Positions 40,576 to 53,500 of a stretch of DNA of 64,000 nt are shown here, piece after piece. A model generated the notes under the pieces. It did not search any database. It saw only the letters and a program-made list of their open reading frames with translations, and had not been told where the DNA came from. The position numbers and the translations under genes are program-made. The stretch is taken from contig CM082586.2 of the NCBI GenBank assembly GCA_040954595.2, forward strand, positions 3,454,349 through 3,518,348. Direction: 5' to 3'. The stretch is from Balanoglossus misakiensis. Its lineage: Eukaryota; Animalia; Hemichordata. Each line of letters begins with the position of its first letter. The first letter of the stretch is position 1.

Positions 40576-43500
40576 ATGGATGATGAAAATTCAAGTGATT
40601 TTGATGTTTTACTGAAGAAACTACAAGGAGCCCACAAGAATAAGCTTGAGGGTATATATTTTCAATCATCCATTCATACTATTGTTGTTGTGTCAGTTTC
40701 AGCAATAACTCATTGATTACTGTATTGATCAACCCATCACCGATGAAATTATGTGTAATATGTGACCACGTGTTGTTTGAGAAAAACATAAAAGAAATAT
40801 TAGCCTGTTAGGCTCTTGTATAAACTTGCACATTTCTTCATTTGCAGAACTTCAAAGAGAACTCAGAGAAATCAAGCAGCGAGAAGAGGAACACAACTTG
40901 CAATATGAAAGGTAAGTCCTGTCTTCTTTTTTATTTCTAAGTGCACCATTAATTTAAACCCTCATTCATTTTAATATTTCTTTTTTTTTTCACTTTAATG
41001 TTAGAATTTTGGAGGACCTGCGGACCACTAATAAACAGAAGGAAGCTCTTGCTGAGGATAACTGTCTCCTGAAACAAGAATTGGAGCGGCTGAAGGATAA
41101 TCTTCAAATAAAGTATGTACATTGCACATGTAAACTCACAAAGGAAGCCATCATTTTCACATTACTCTGACCATAAAGTTATAGAGTGTTGAATTGGTGC
41201 AGTTAGCCCTTTTTTCATTGTCATGCCACAATAAAAGTGGCCAAAAAAAGTTCTGAAGTTAGCACTAGAGGGCGCCCTTTCTAGCGCTATCAATTAATCA
41301 AATTCATCTCAAAAAAGTTTATTTCTGAAGTCCAACCAATTGTAACGTCACTTTACTATTTGGAGATTGTACATACAATTGCAAAACATCTTCAATTGCA
41401 TCATCACAGTTTCTCAGGAATCTGAAATTTTCGAAGCTGATAATCATTTCATTACTGAAACAGCAGAACCAAAGCTGGCACACTTCTTTGAAAATGCAGA
41501 GGAATACATTTGTTGTTACAAGTGTTACCCCAGCCGGCCCACTCACAGTGCATTCAGCTGTATACTGATGCATGCATGGTAAAAGTACCCTGACCTGCGA
41601 TATGCACTTTATTAAAGAAAAATACCTGGCTACACTGCCTTTTGTACAGTACATTGGTGGTGGCGCTGTTTTTGAGACAAGTAACCCAGTTCTCTCACCT
41701 TTACATCATACGCATGCAAGAAAGCAACAGCTTTTTCGTACAAATTAAATTCTTTTGGCTTTGCTGCAAGATGAAATCACAAAGGGTTTGATTGGAAAAC
41801 TTAGTCCATCTGTCAACTGGTAGTAATCTTGGTCCATGGAAAGGGTGGTGATAAATCTTGATGGAGTAACAGCTCACTGTAGCCAGACACTAACACGTTA
41901 ATCAGTTTATAGTTTTAATACCAGTACATAAGTACATGTTACCTTGTAATGCTCACGGATGTTTTGAGCTCACACAATTTTCCTTCAATATGGTCATTTT
42001 GTGTTTTCACTCATATTTTCATTGATTGTCTGTTTGTATTGCTGATGTGTATGTAAATTAGAAATTGTATTCAGTGCACGAAAATGCATTCATCAGTGCC
42101 ATGATTTGTTTGAAAATTCAATTTCGAATTTTGAACAGATGGTCTGTGTCTACATCATGCTCTGCCGGTACTGAAATTCTCTCTTCCATCTGATTCCCGA
42201 CTAACTCCACAGTTTTAACATTCCGGAGCACAATCGCGCTCTTGTTCCCTGCTTTTCAATTCCAATACATCCCACAGCTGGTGCAATGCCTCCATTTTGA
42301 CCAATTTTTTTTGTCCTTTATTCTTTTATCTCTGCCCCACTTATTCCGTGAGCAATCACAAAAAACGTTTGATCCCTGTTGACCTGCGCGACATATATCA
42401 GCAAAAGAGGGGTCACTATGCAAACATCCTCGCCAATTCACCGTGCCCAGCCAACCAGCTGAATGTTGTTATTGTCAAATAATGTAGGGCGGTTCATTCT
42501 GCCTTCTTGTCGAGGTGACAGAGAGGTTACCTATAAACTATGCTTGAACCATATAAATGGCGAGACATAAAAGAACAAGTTTCTACTTGTACCAGATGAG
42601 AAGAAGTGTCTGTCATGCTGTTCAATATTTCAGTCATGCTCTGAAAATTCACCCATCATGAAAAAAATCTCAACATTTTGACATACCTGTCTGTAAATCA
42701 CCAAATTTGCTGATAACATGTAAAAAATGGCAGCTCAACACATATGTACGTACAAGGGTTTTGGTAACCTATGGTGACCCTTTTTTGATTTGTTGCCTAC
42801 CGGCACATCTCTGCCTATCTAAGATTTTCATCTGTGCTCGTGAAAAGTCAACAAACATGGCGGTACCCTGATATTTAGAAGTCAATCATATTGTTAATAA
42901 TTCTCTGTGGGAACTGGGCCATCCACAGCCAGTTATCATAGTACTTTTACCACTGGTACTGTGCAACAACAAAAATATCAGGTAAATTAATGTTTCTTTG
43001 TGGTTCTTCTATTTCTGTGTGGCTGTGTGTGACTGACAACAGGAACACTGGACATTGTGAGCGGTGTGAGAAGACTAGAATTAAAGTTGACCAAGAAAGA
43101 AAAAATAGTAAACTGTCGGTTAACCGAGGGAAAAGGAAAACAAGATACAAGGAAACTCAGAAAACATCACCAGAGAGCAACGTGGATTCTCAGAAAAGGT
43201 GCAATCAAGATGGAACTTCCACATGTGTAAGACATGGAGAAGTATCTCAGGAGAAGGACGCAGAAGTTTTGATGAAAACTGGGAGAGGCATTGAAGAAAC
43301 TCAGGGTGTTGATGGAGCAATGTGCGTGGTGCCAGAAACGTGTGATCTGGAAGGATATTCCCACGTCCAAGTTGGATGGACGCAGAATCTGGCTGAGTTG
43401 CAAAAGCTCCCCAAGAGATTGGACATTGAGCACACTCAGGATGTAGCCAAGTTGAGAAGCAGGAACACACAAGCTGTGCTGGCCCCGGAAACGTGTTACC

Positions 43501-46500
43501 AGGAGACGCACGCCATGACAGAGAGCGACGAGGAGGATAGTGATGAGGATGTTGTTTCGGAGGAGAGAGGCGGGAAGTTCTCATCTGAGTTGCGGAATGC
43601 AGCTGTCCCAGAGACACTGCCTGCTGAACAGGAAGCCAGCAGCTTGGAGGATTGTAGTCTTTTAATGAGCCCACCACCAATCTCTAGCACACCAGCTACT
43701 CAGCGTTCGAAATTCCTTCGCAAGACATCAAAGCCCGGTGATATCACTAAGGTGTTTCTGAATAAAAACGAACATTTTCGAGTTGACATAGATGCCTTGA
43801 CGCCAATCGAAAAAAGTGAATCGCAAATGCCATGTTATGATGACAGTGGAATGCAGTCACCAACATTTGCCAAACCGGCCAAAATCCCCACAAAGACACA
43901 GCACCCACACACAGTCACCCAAAGGTTGCAGTTCAACTTTGATTCCTCGCCAGCAAAAGATGATGTCACCATGGCAACATCCAGGCACTCTCTCCTCAGC
44001 AAGGATGGAAGCTTCCAGTCGGACACGTCCCCTCTCCTTCTCAAGCCTTTGAGGGCAAAATTACAGAACAAACAAATCAAGCAGGAACCGTCTGAAACGT
44101 GTGGTTTCAAACTCATCATCCCAAAGGAAATTAAGGCAGTGTCGCCGGGAAAGGAGAACTCGCCTGAGAAGAGAGATTTGATCAAATTGGCCTCCAATTC
44201 ACGAAAGAGACAAAGCATGTGGGACGAAGAGCAGGGGGAGGGTGGGAGATGCTTGGAGGTGAAATCTGAAAGAGGGGTTGATTCCCCTCCAAGGAAACAT
44301 CTCCGATTTGAGAATAGCGAGAAAGATGGAAAAGCTGATGGTCGCACGTGTGACGATGGCGACTGGATTGATATGGCAAAGATGGCGGAGAGTTCAAAGA
44401 GACAAATTCTGAAAGACAAAACCTCAAAGTCCAGGAAGTCAGCCACAAAGGAAGGACCACAGGGACCAGGAATACAGAGATTTTTTAATGTTGTAGAGAA
44501 ATGGCAGCATGATGGATCGAAGAAGTTGGTGCAGACAAGGCTGTCGGCCGAGTCATTCAAGTGCCAACCCAACCCAAGGATTTCAAAGATGAAGGAATAT
44601 AATGGTGGCAGCTTGTTGACAGCGGACACCCAGTACGATCCCTACTTGCACGAAGCTATCGCAGCGTCTCTAGCGGAAGATGGCCGACCTGGAGATTATC
44701 TGGCTGAAGGGGCCACTTTTGACATGACTGAACTTGACGGACGTCACACAGAGAGCAAGGGGTTTAAGAAGCCACCACTGCCAACCAGACTCGTCAGGAA
44801 AAGCCTAGGTGGTGAGTTCCCTGATGAAAGTGTAGGAGACACTGACATCCGACTGAGAGATCATGAATCAGAAAGTGTAAACTCAGCGAGACTGCATGAT
44901 TCTGAATACGATCAGATGTCAGTGGCAGTTGCTCTGAACGGCAGCATTGACCCAGCACTGGAGCTGTCGAAGCTCGATGAAGATGATTCGGAGATCTTGG
45001 TTTCCAGGGAGAAAGTAAGCCCACAGAACTTGGCCGCGGATAAAATAGGTAGCAGTACTGGTGACTGGGAAACCGGAATCTTCCCAGACTCTCCGGCGGA
45101 AGAGTTCACGGAGAGTTTCAAATTTGGGAAGGTGGACAGAGTACGGCCACAAAGCTGGAAACCAGATGCGAGAGAGAATGCCTCGGATGTGAGAGACAAG
45201 AAACTGGGTCTGCGTTTTCAGGAGGAAGATGACGTTCCAAACCATGGCGATGACAGCTGCATGGACATGTTTGATGGTAACGGAGAGGTAGATGAGAAAC
45301 GACTAGTTGATGATTCAAATGTCACAGACCCAAACGGTGAGTCAAACATCAAAGTCACTGATTGCAGCATCAAAAACAACTGTCAAGCACATTATGATGG
45401 AAAGTTAAATCAAAACACAAAGGGATTGATTGTGTTGAGAAATACAATGTATACTATAGTTTACTGAGTCTTGTTTATCAAAGATTTCATCCCGGCAGTG
45501 AGATATGTTTTCTTTTGTTTCCCCGGCAGACTCTGCAGAGAAAAACGACTGTCCAGAAGACGTTGATCAACACAGCTACCAGGACAACCACGATCAGTCA
45601 ACACTCGACAGTTTCAACAAGTATGTGTCTGTCCTGTACTTGTCAACTTGGATCAATATTTGTTTCACACTGTCCAGCCACATTGCCCCAGAAATGAACT
45701 TTAAAGGGACAGAGTTGCTCACTTTCGATATTATTTACATTGGCTATTTCACTTTCTTTTGATAACTTGTGAAATGTTGTTCTGCTGACTGAAATATGTT
45801 CAATCATTGGGTGTTTCTTTAACCTCTGATGTAGAAATGATCGCGCATGTATATATGCCAGATATACATATGACCTCATTTTGCAGCAATACAGACTTAG
45901 ATTTTTATCGACATTTTTACAATAAACAAGTTACTTGGCACTTCATGCAAACACTTCAACTATCGGCCAAATGTTATTGTGGCCCTGTCAACATGACCTC
46001 TTGTTTGTTCATAATATTGACATTTGTCGTGTCTCTTGGAGGACAACGAAGTTTTGAACGTTGACAGCTGTTCATGTCGTAGTCATAATAAAGTAATAAC
46101 TTGTCAATGTTGTAAACCCCTCTGGAAAGAAGTCTGTGAGATTCAGAAAATTATGTGAAACAGAATAGGAATATTGATTCTTAGAGTGTGTTTGATGTAA
46201 TGTTTACATACTCTGTCATTTAACGTTTCTAAAATATAAAATCAGAATTGGCTGTTTTCCCATGGAATATTCACTCTCTCCAGAGAAGTTCTACTAGAAG
46301 CTGACCATGTCTGTTTATATTATATTACATCAGTTGATACAGCGGTCCCGGTAGAATATTTTGATTGCAGCACATGACAGCTACATGGTGTGTTTTCTTT
46401 CAGGGTGCCCAAACTCGACAAAAGTCCGAACTTCAAACACGTGAAGGTCGTCAGAAAGAAAGACGAGAGGAGAAAACTGAATGCGTTTGACTGTAAGCAA

Positions 46501-47851
46501 TGTGAAGAGGTGAGTAATAGGCCTGATTAGGAGAGTCTAAGATTACCTGGCTATCAGCACCATGCCTTGAGTGATAGCACAATACAAAAGCAAGATGCCC
46601 ACTGTTAGCCCAGTATTAACAAATCTTGATCTGTACATGTACATGTATATTGCATTCATAGATGATATCATCATCACCATGTTATATTCATAATGTTTTC
46701 CCAAAGCATTCAACCAAAACGGCGAAAACATTCATTGCATCATCGCAAAAATTAACCACAAGGACACATGCCACATTACAGACCGACAAAGATTAATCTT
46801 TGCAATGGACCAATTATTTCCATCATAATTACAGAATAACCTAGACATAACAGGAAATTAGAAAGAATATGAAAACAAAATAAATGATGATGCTGATATC
46901 ATTTCATTTGGAAATTATGTAATTTGTTGTAAAATCCTTGTATTAGTTGATAACTTAAAAATGCCACAAGAGTGCATCTCAGTCTAACCCTGCATGCATT
47001 TATGCATTGTTTCCCCCAGTATTTTGAAGGTCTTGGTCTGAGCGACTCTCAGAAGGCAGAGAGAATGAAGGAATGTTCTAGACACCGTGGTAAATACATT
47101 CCTCCCAGTACACCAGAACATTACTGGGAAATGGATATGCCAAGTACTCAGACGTGTCATGATAGAGGTAAACTACATGTATGCCTATTTACTGTTTTTC
47201 TTTTTTTGAAAACCTGGAAGAAAATTCATAACACTCTCTATGAGATTAGATATTTATGCTAGCTGGGTGACTACCAACCAAATCCAGTCATCCACGAAAA
47301 GATTTGTAACTCGCCATGACAACTCAAACTTTTCACTCATCAGCACTGTCAAGAAACAGTCAACAGGTTGCTGAGTGTTTGATCTCCACTGGGAAAAAAA
47401 CCCTGATGTTCTGACAAAAAGAAAGGTTAATTTAGCGTGGGTCAGCGCCAAAAGTACTTCTCTTGAAGCCTGTTCACTTTTCAGACTTCTATGTTCTTAT
47501 CTTCACTTCCGACAGCAAGCCAAGCGACCCCAGACAAGTAAAACTCTGACAAACAACACAACACTGCTACTATTGTGCGAGTTCACGTAAAGCCCATATA
47601 AGAACGCACTTCAAGCCCGTACATTGATAAGCTGGACTGCAAAGTAATTCAACCTGTTAACCATGTGGTCTTGCATTGCAGTCCTGGATGATATAACCAA
47701 GTCTCAGTATCCTATAGGCTATTCAGAAAATATAGCCATTATTTTCACCTTTACAACACAACTCTGCTATCTTACAGGTTACATGCAAGAAGTATCTCAA
47801 CACCAGCCACAGAGACGCAGAAGAAGACAGCCGTACAACAAGCGATTCTGA
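40576..47851 (+). CDS. RBBP8: DNA end-resection factor CtIP/RBBP8, about 986 aa, 8 coding exons
   Basis: Exons 40576-40651, 40848-40911, 41005-41112, 43043-45336, 45530-45620, 46404-46509, 47020-47167 and 47778-47851 join in frame (2961 nt). The N-terminus has a tetramerisation-like helix SDFDVLLKKLQGAH, a coiled coil and CERC. The C-terminal Sae2/CtIP domain reads VVRKKDERRKLNAFDCKQCEEY...CSRHRGKYIPPSTPEHYWEMDMPSTQ (CxxC, RHR, T847- and T859-equivalent sites). A likely non-coding first exon ends at donor 40038/40039 (CAG|GTAAGT). AATAAA lies at 47929-47934. Confidence 0.93.
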
Positions 47852-50077
47852 GTTTTTATATTTTATATCCGGGATTTAATGAATTTGTATCCTATTTAAA
47901 ACCCAATATAGTTTGTAATTATAAACTGAATAAAAAGTAGTACATTTATAGAGCTTGTGTGTCATGACTGATTTGTTTTGGCCAACATGGATGTAGGTTA
48001 GGGGACGATCTGATGAAGTTAATTGAAGACAACTTGTCAATATCTTTCTGAAGAAAAGAGACTGGGCCGCCAATATGAAACACTGTATTGTACTATACCA
48101 ATACCACAATATGACTTAAAATTACCCCTAAAAACTTCCTTTAAAACAATACAATGATAAACATATTGAACCGTGCTGGATAAATAAAGCCAGCATGGGT
48201 CTTTAAAAATCTTCCATTATTGATGGAAAGTCTGATCAAGTATTGATTGGTCCTTCAGTCAATTTGGGAGTGTCCTTGCACAGGATATGAATCAAAAACT
48301 GCTCCTTTTATGAGTGGAAGAAGAAAATAGAGTGAAAAGGTTTCAGATAACATTTGCTGAGACCAACAAAGGCAACAAAACAAAAGCTTTCAGGTGGTGG
48401 AACAGAATTGCTGTTGTTCCACCCACGCACATGGGGCCCTATTATTGCCGTCGCATTCAGAACTTTCCGCGACCTTTTAAACCTGGCCATTTACCTGGAA
48501 CTCGTGTGGTCGTATCCCGCTTGATTGCTGACTTATTTTGCTAAGAAAATGTGTTTACACATGACTTGTTTTTATGTTGCAAAGAGCCAACCGCAAATCA
48601 TGGCGGGTGCTTTTGTTGAACTGCTCTGCTGCATAGCGCCCTCAACGGTATTGGACTGGTGGTGTCTTAATCACAGAAAAAAATGATGAAATCAAGAGAT
48701 ATTCTAATAATTCACTGCAATTGAAAGTTGTTTACTAACAAGTTAATAATAGATCTTGGTTGCAAACAATGCAGTGGTATATGAAACAGCGGATCACATG
48801 TGAAACAGACGCGGTCCTAACTATCACGTGAAATATCGTCATTTTCTACAAATAGGCCGGAATTCCCCTACTTCATGCAACGCGCATATAAATCTTTAAT
48901 GTACATGGCAAAGTCCACAATGCGGATGACAGTAAATTCTAGCACCGTACTGAGGTGGCATGTTGCAATAACTAAACACCACCCACGCAGTGTAAGCTCA
49001 CCTAGTTACTGATTATCCATGCAGGACATGACGACGGGGAAAGGCCGGATACCGGAGGTGAAATTGACTGTCGTGTAAACTGTTGGAAGTGAACTTTCAC
49101 ATTAAGAATCACATAAAAATCTACCCTTAATTCAGAATCTTACATGTGGTAATGAAAGCAGTTGGAACAATTGTCCCTGAGAAGCAACAGGTTAATTTTA
49201 TAGCTGCAGTTCTTTCATTGAATCACACCAGTATAATTGGTTTGTTTATTTTCTTTTCCCTGGATTGTAATGGCTAAATGGCAACAGGGGGTGGTGTGGG
49301 GAGTTCGGGACATACTATCAGTAAAATTGAAAGAATAGTAAATGTAAGCATTATCAAAATCCCAGTTGAAATATAGGGACCACTGTGCTACTTTTTAATG
49401 TGGTGAATTTAGCTATACCGATATCCGAATTTGTCACTATAGTCAAGTGTTAGAAATACTTCATCTGCTAAGTATTGGCTCATATTGATCAATTTATGAC
49501 ACAAATCTACTCAAACAGGGAGCTTTAAGTATCAGATAGATAATTTATGAGAAAACAGTTGAACTATTGGTCACAATTGGAACATGCATTAACTCTAATG
49601 GGTGGGGGACATTCCTGTGATCCTGCAATCCAATGTTGAAAGCAATCCAATGACACTAACAGAAGTAGAAGTGATCTTTCTGGCAATTTAAGTAAGTTTA
49701 AATACTCAATTTAAATGTGTTGACACGGCCTTGAAATGTAGATATATACAACTCACTTCAGCAAAACAGCATATACATCGAAGGAAAAAAACTATAATAA
49801 ATTATGTCATTAAACTGATATGCTTGTTTTGTGTGCAGTCTGGTATTTCAGGCCAGCAATGAAGTTTGATTGATGATACTTTGAGAACATCAAAATGCCG
49901 ATGTTCATTTGTCCATGCTGGGAAACAGAGGAATAATAGTTTCCCGTTATGAGTAATTAGATTATGTTGGGTCTGAGTTTCAGACTATTAAATGGATCCA
50001 TTATTAAGGGATGGTGAATGACTCAACAAAAAGATTCTATATCTATCTGTCTTTAGTCTCTATATTTGTGTGTGTGT

Positions 50078-50195
50078 ACATACATACATACATACATACA
50101 TACATACATACATACATACATACATACATACATACATACACAGACATACATACATACATACATACATACATACATACATACATACATACATACAT

Positions 50196-50238
<43 letters not shown>

Positions 50239-50250
50239 TGCACACACACA
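50078..50250 (+). repeat. Compound (TACA)n-(CA)n microsatellite
   Basis: Directly visible. It explains the six overlapping HTYI/CMYV ORFs. Confidence 0.95.
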
Positions 50251-50504
50251 AGACTGTGTGATCTTGGCATACAGTGCCAACTAAAGTATGAAGTAACTGA
50301 GAAATTTAATGTAAAGACACTGTAGCTAACACACACATCCCACAACAAACAAACAATCTCACCCACTAAAGTACACTTTTGTCAAATATTCTGAGTTTTT
50401 TTATTTCCCGTCAGAACTTGTGTATACATGATGATGAATGGAAAAAAAACAAGGCAGCTTATATATAATATATACATGAAGAAATATACAGAGGAAAATA
50501 TGAC

Positions 50505-53500
50505 TAAACAAAAAAGCAAGCTTTTTTATTGGTAAATCTTTATATGAGTGCATAATCAAATGGTAAAATCGTCTGCAACTTTGACAAACCCGAACACATC
50601 GTGCATTGAGCTGGAGCGGTTTGCATTATTGTGTCAAATGTGCGTTTCACGCAGGTTGTTTTGGTGTACTCTGCAGGTTGTGCATACCAACCCTGCTACC
50701 CCTTCTAACTGCTGGAATGGTCTTGACCCAGCTTTAGTTAAACCCATGAAACACGTTCCCTCATGAGATCCCCACGTCCTGGCTTAATTACCAGGTGTAG
50801 GGGTGAGGGGAGACGTGCTTTCAGAGGGGTGAACTTTTCAGAGGAGGGAGGTAGGGGTTTCAGTCCTGGTGATAAAAAGCTGGTGCCAATACTGTGGAAA
50901 TTGTTGCTAGTATTTGGTATTTCAGTGTGTGGTCTGTCAGAAGTCTCCACTCCAGAAAATGTCATTCGGGTCGCAAATTTGTACTTTTATGTCTCTAATC
51001 CCAAGATCTTCCAGTTGTCTGAGACAGACACTACTTTTCAAAGATACATTTGGGACAATTCACACCCAAATTTCCTCTCACAATCTGCTTCCATGAAGAG
51101 AACCCCAGCAAATATGAAATTCAAAAAAGTTTCACGGAATCCATGCCCACCCCAATGATCTGTCCCCTACCTATTTCTTGCGTTCAATGGGACAACCCTC
51201 GTTAGTAAAACAAGAGGGCTGCACCATTGTTAGCAGGGTGGTAGGGGTGTTAAGTGTGGACTGGAGACTCATGGATGGACAAGAGAGTTTCGATACTAGC
51301 ACACTTGGATTTCAGTTGGTACATTGCAGATATTACATACAACGCAAGTGCTCACAACTATAGGCACTGATTGATTCTCGCTGTTCTGTTTTTGTACGAA
51401 AAACTGCTGCACAGCTCAGTGCAATAAACTCGCCAAGTCCAAAACTCTACAAGATGCTCTCAAGTAAGTTACAACACACTGCAACCAACTCGATGATTGC
51501 TTGATTGATTGATTGATTGAGTTTGGTGGTTTAAAAAAATTTGACATACCAGTGTGCAAACATGTTACACATTACACCTCTGTTCCCAAACCCCAGTCTA
51601 CCTTTGGCAATGAATAGTATGACCAATCACGGTGGTGAGCTGGCTGTGGACCAATCAAGCAGTTTGGGCCATACCAAATGAGCTAAAAAGATAGGTGGGA
51701 ATATACACAAGCACCACCGTTTTGTGTTCGCAGCAAATCTTCTGCATTCAACATTCAAATTTTAGGTATTTCTTCTCACAGAGAGTGATACAAAATGTAA
51801 TACTCTCTCAGACGATTTCTGTAGCTCTGTGAGCCAGCATCATACCTCAAGAGCAAAATTCGAACACAGAATTGCCCGAACAACAAAGCAATCATACTTT
51901 CGTCTCTCCTCATGACACCAAAGGTGAAACTGGTACAAGTCCTCAGTTTGTGGTACCCGCAAGTTAGAAGCCAACAAAAAAATAGAACACTTCTGCCAAT
52001 TGGCTACTGACGGAACAATTTAAAATCCCACTCTGATCATTAGCCAATCAGTAAGCATTTTAGAGTTAACTGATGAGTGTTTGCTTATGTTTAAAAAACA
52101 GCTAAACAATGATATACATGTTTTATATACTTATAATGCTTTTTTTCCTTTTGTTTAAAATTCAAGCCAGACTGCTCTTCAAAATGAACCAAAAAAACGC
52201 AGTTTTCTTAAGTTTAAGGACAACAATAAAATGTCAAAAAAGACATGAAAATTAGTCCAGAAAAACACATCAAAAAAAAAATACTGAAACCCAAATTTAG
52301 TACTGCACAATTTCCCACCGTTTCCAAAACTGTAGACTTGTATCTCGCAAACTCTCTGAACATTTCTTGCGGGGTGTTGATCATCTTGACTTCCGATAAA
52401 AACGATGCATTCTATGTCATTCGTTTGAAAACTGCTAAAGAACTTGATGGCATAAGGACACCCAAAACTTTCACGATGACACGTCTCACAAATTTTACAA
52501 AACGCCTTGAAATGCAAAGCAAGCAGACTATCTCCACAGAAGTTTAAAAGACAATTATCTGAAAAAATTTCTGTCTGAAACAGGTAAACAGCACAATGCA
52601 GAGAGAATTGACCTCCATCGAGACAAAATATGAATGGATTGAAGCTTTCGTACAGCCCTTTTCCCATGGTATTTGTTAACCACCTAGGAAAAAACGATAA
52701 AAAGTTTGCTGTTGTTTTCGAAATTAGGGGTCTCAAATAAAAATAATTAAATCCCTCTTAATGTAACAAGGACAAATCAGTTTAAAATATTCATATTTAA
52801 CCTATAAGTTTTGCAACAAATCCGAACTGAAAATTTGAGTTTATGACTCGCTCTTCAACAAAAAATATCTCCTTTTGAAGGTTTTTTCATCCATACTCAA
52901 AGAGCAGTCTCTCTGCATACATGCTATGGGGCTGGGAGTCACATTCTAGCCATCATATGACTATAACATCCTGCACTAACAACATTATTTTCCTCTAATG
53001 TTTTTTTTTCAGTTTTTCTTAATACTTGGGACTTTTAAAGTACACTGCACAAAAATACCATGTGAAATTTGGGGGGTTCTACTTAAACAGACAAATAATT
53101 AACCTGATTTTAAAAATTAATGGAAGAGATATCTTTGGTGGTCTTTTTAGTGAGTGTTTTTTTCTAATAATTTTCTGGGATCATTACTCTTTACAAGAGA
53201 ATCATACAGTGAAACTAACTGTTCCCTACAATTTTCGCTTTCTTTCAAAAATTATGAAATAAAAAAAATTAAAGACAACGAACTGTATATACACATGTAA
53301 GGTAGGTCTCTTTAGACCATAAATTTTTTTCTGGCTCAAAGCAAATGATTATTACCCTGTCAGATAATCTGACATTTCTTTTTTTTAAATGGAAGAAACT
53401 AGACAATTGACCTCAGTTTGTTCAAATCTTTCACAAGATTTCTCCAATTTTTTTAAAACTGAGGATTGCAGATTTTGGATGGAAGAAAACACAGTTATCA

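Noticed and set aside
40077-40637. 186-aa minus-strand ORF; likewise 52179..52736
   Set aside because: No recognisable domain and a non-ATG or weak start. They overlap an RBBP8 intron/exon and a putative 3'UTR respectively.
43120-45318. Long antisense ORFs (186 aa, 264 aa and others)
   Set aside because: They are shadow frames of the 2.3 kb RBBP8 exon and show no domain features.
42990-45467. 825-aa ORF as a stand-alone single-exon gene
   Set aside because: Splice sites at 43043 and 45336 place it in frame within RBBP8. The ORF's two ends are intronic.
50011-50366. Six overlapping HTYI/CMYV ORFs
   Set aside because: These are translations of the TACA/CA microsatellite.
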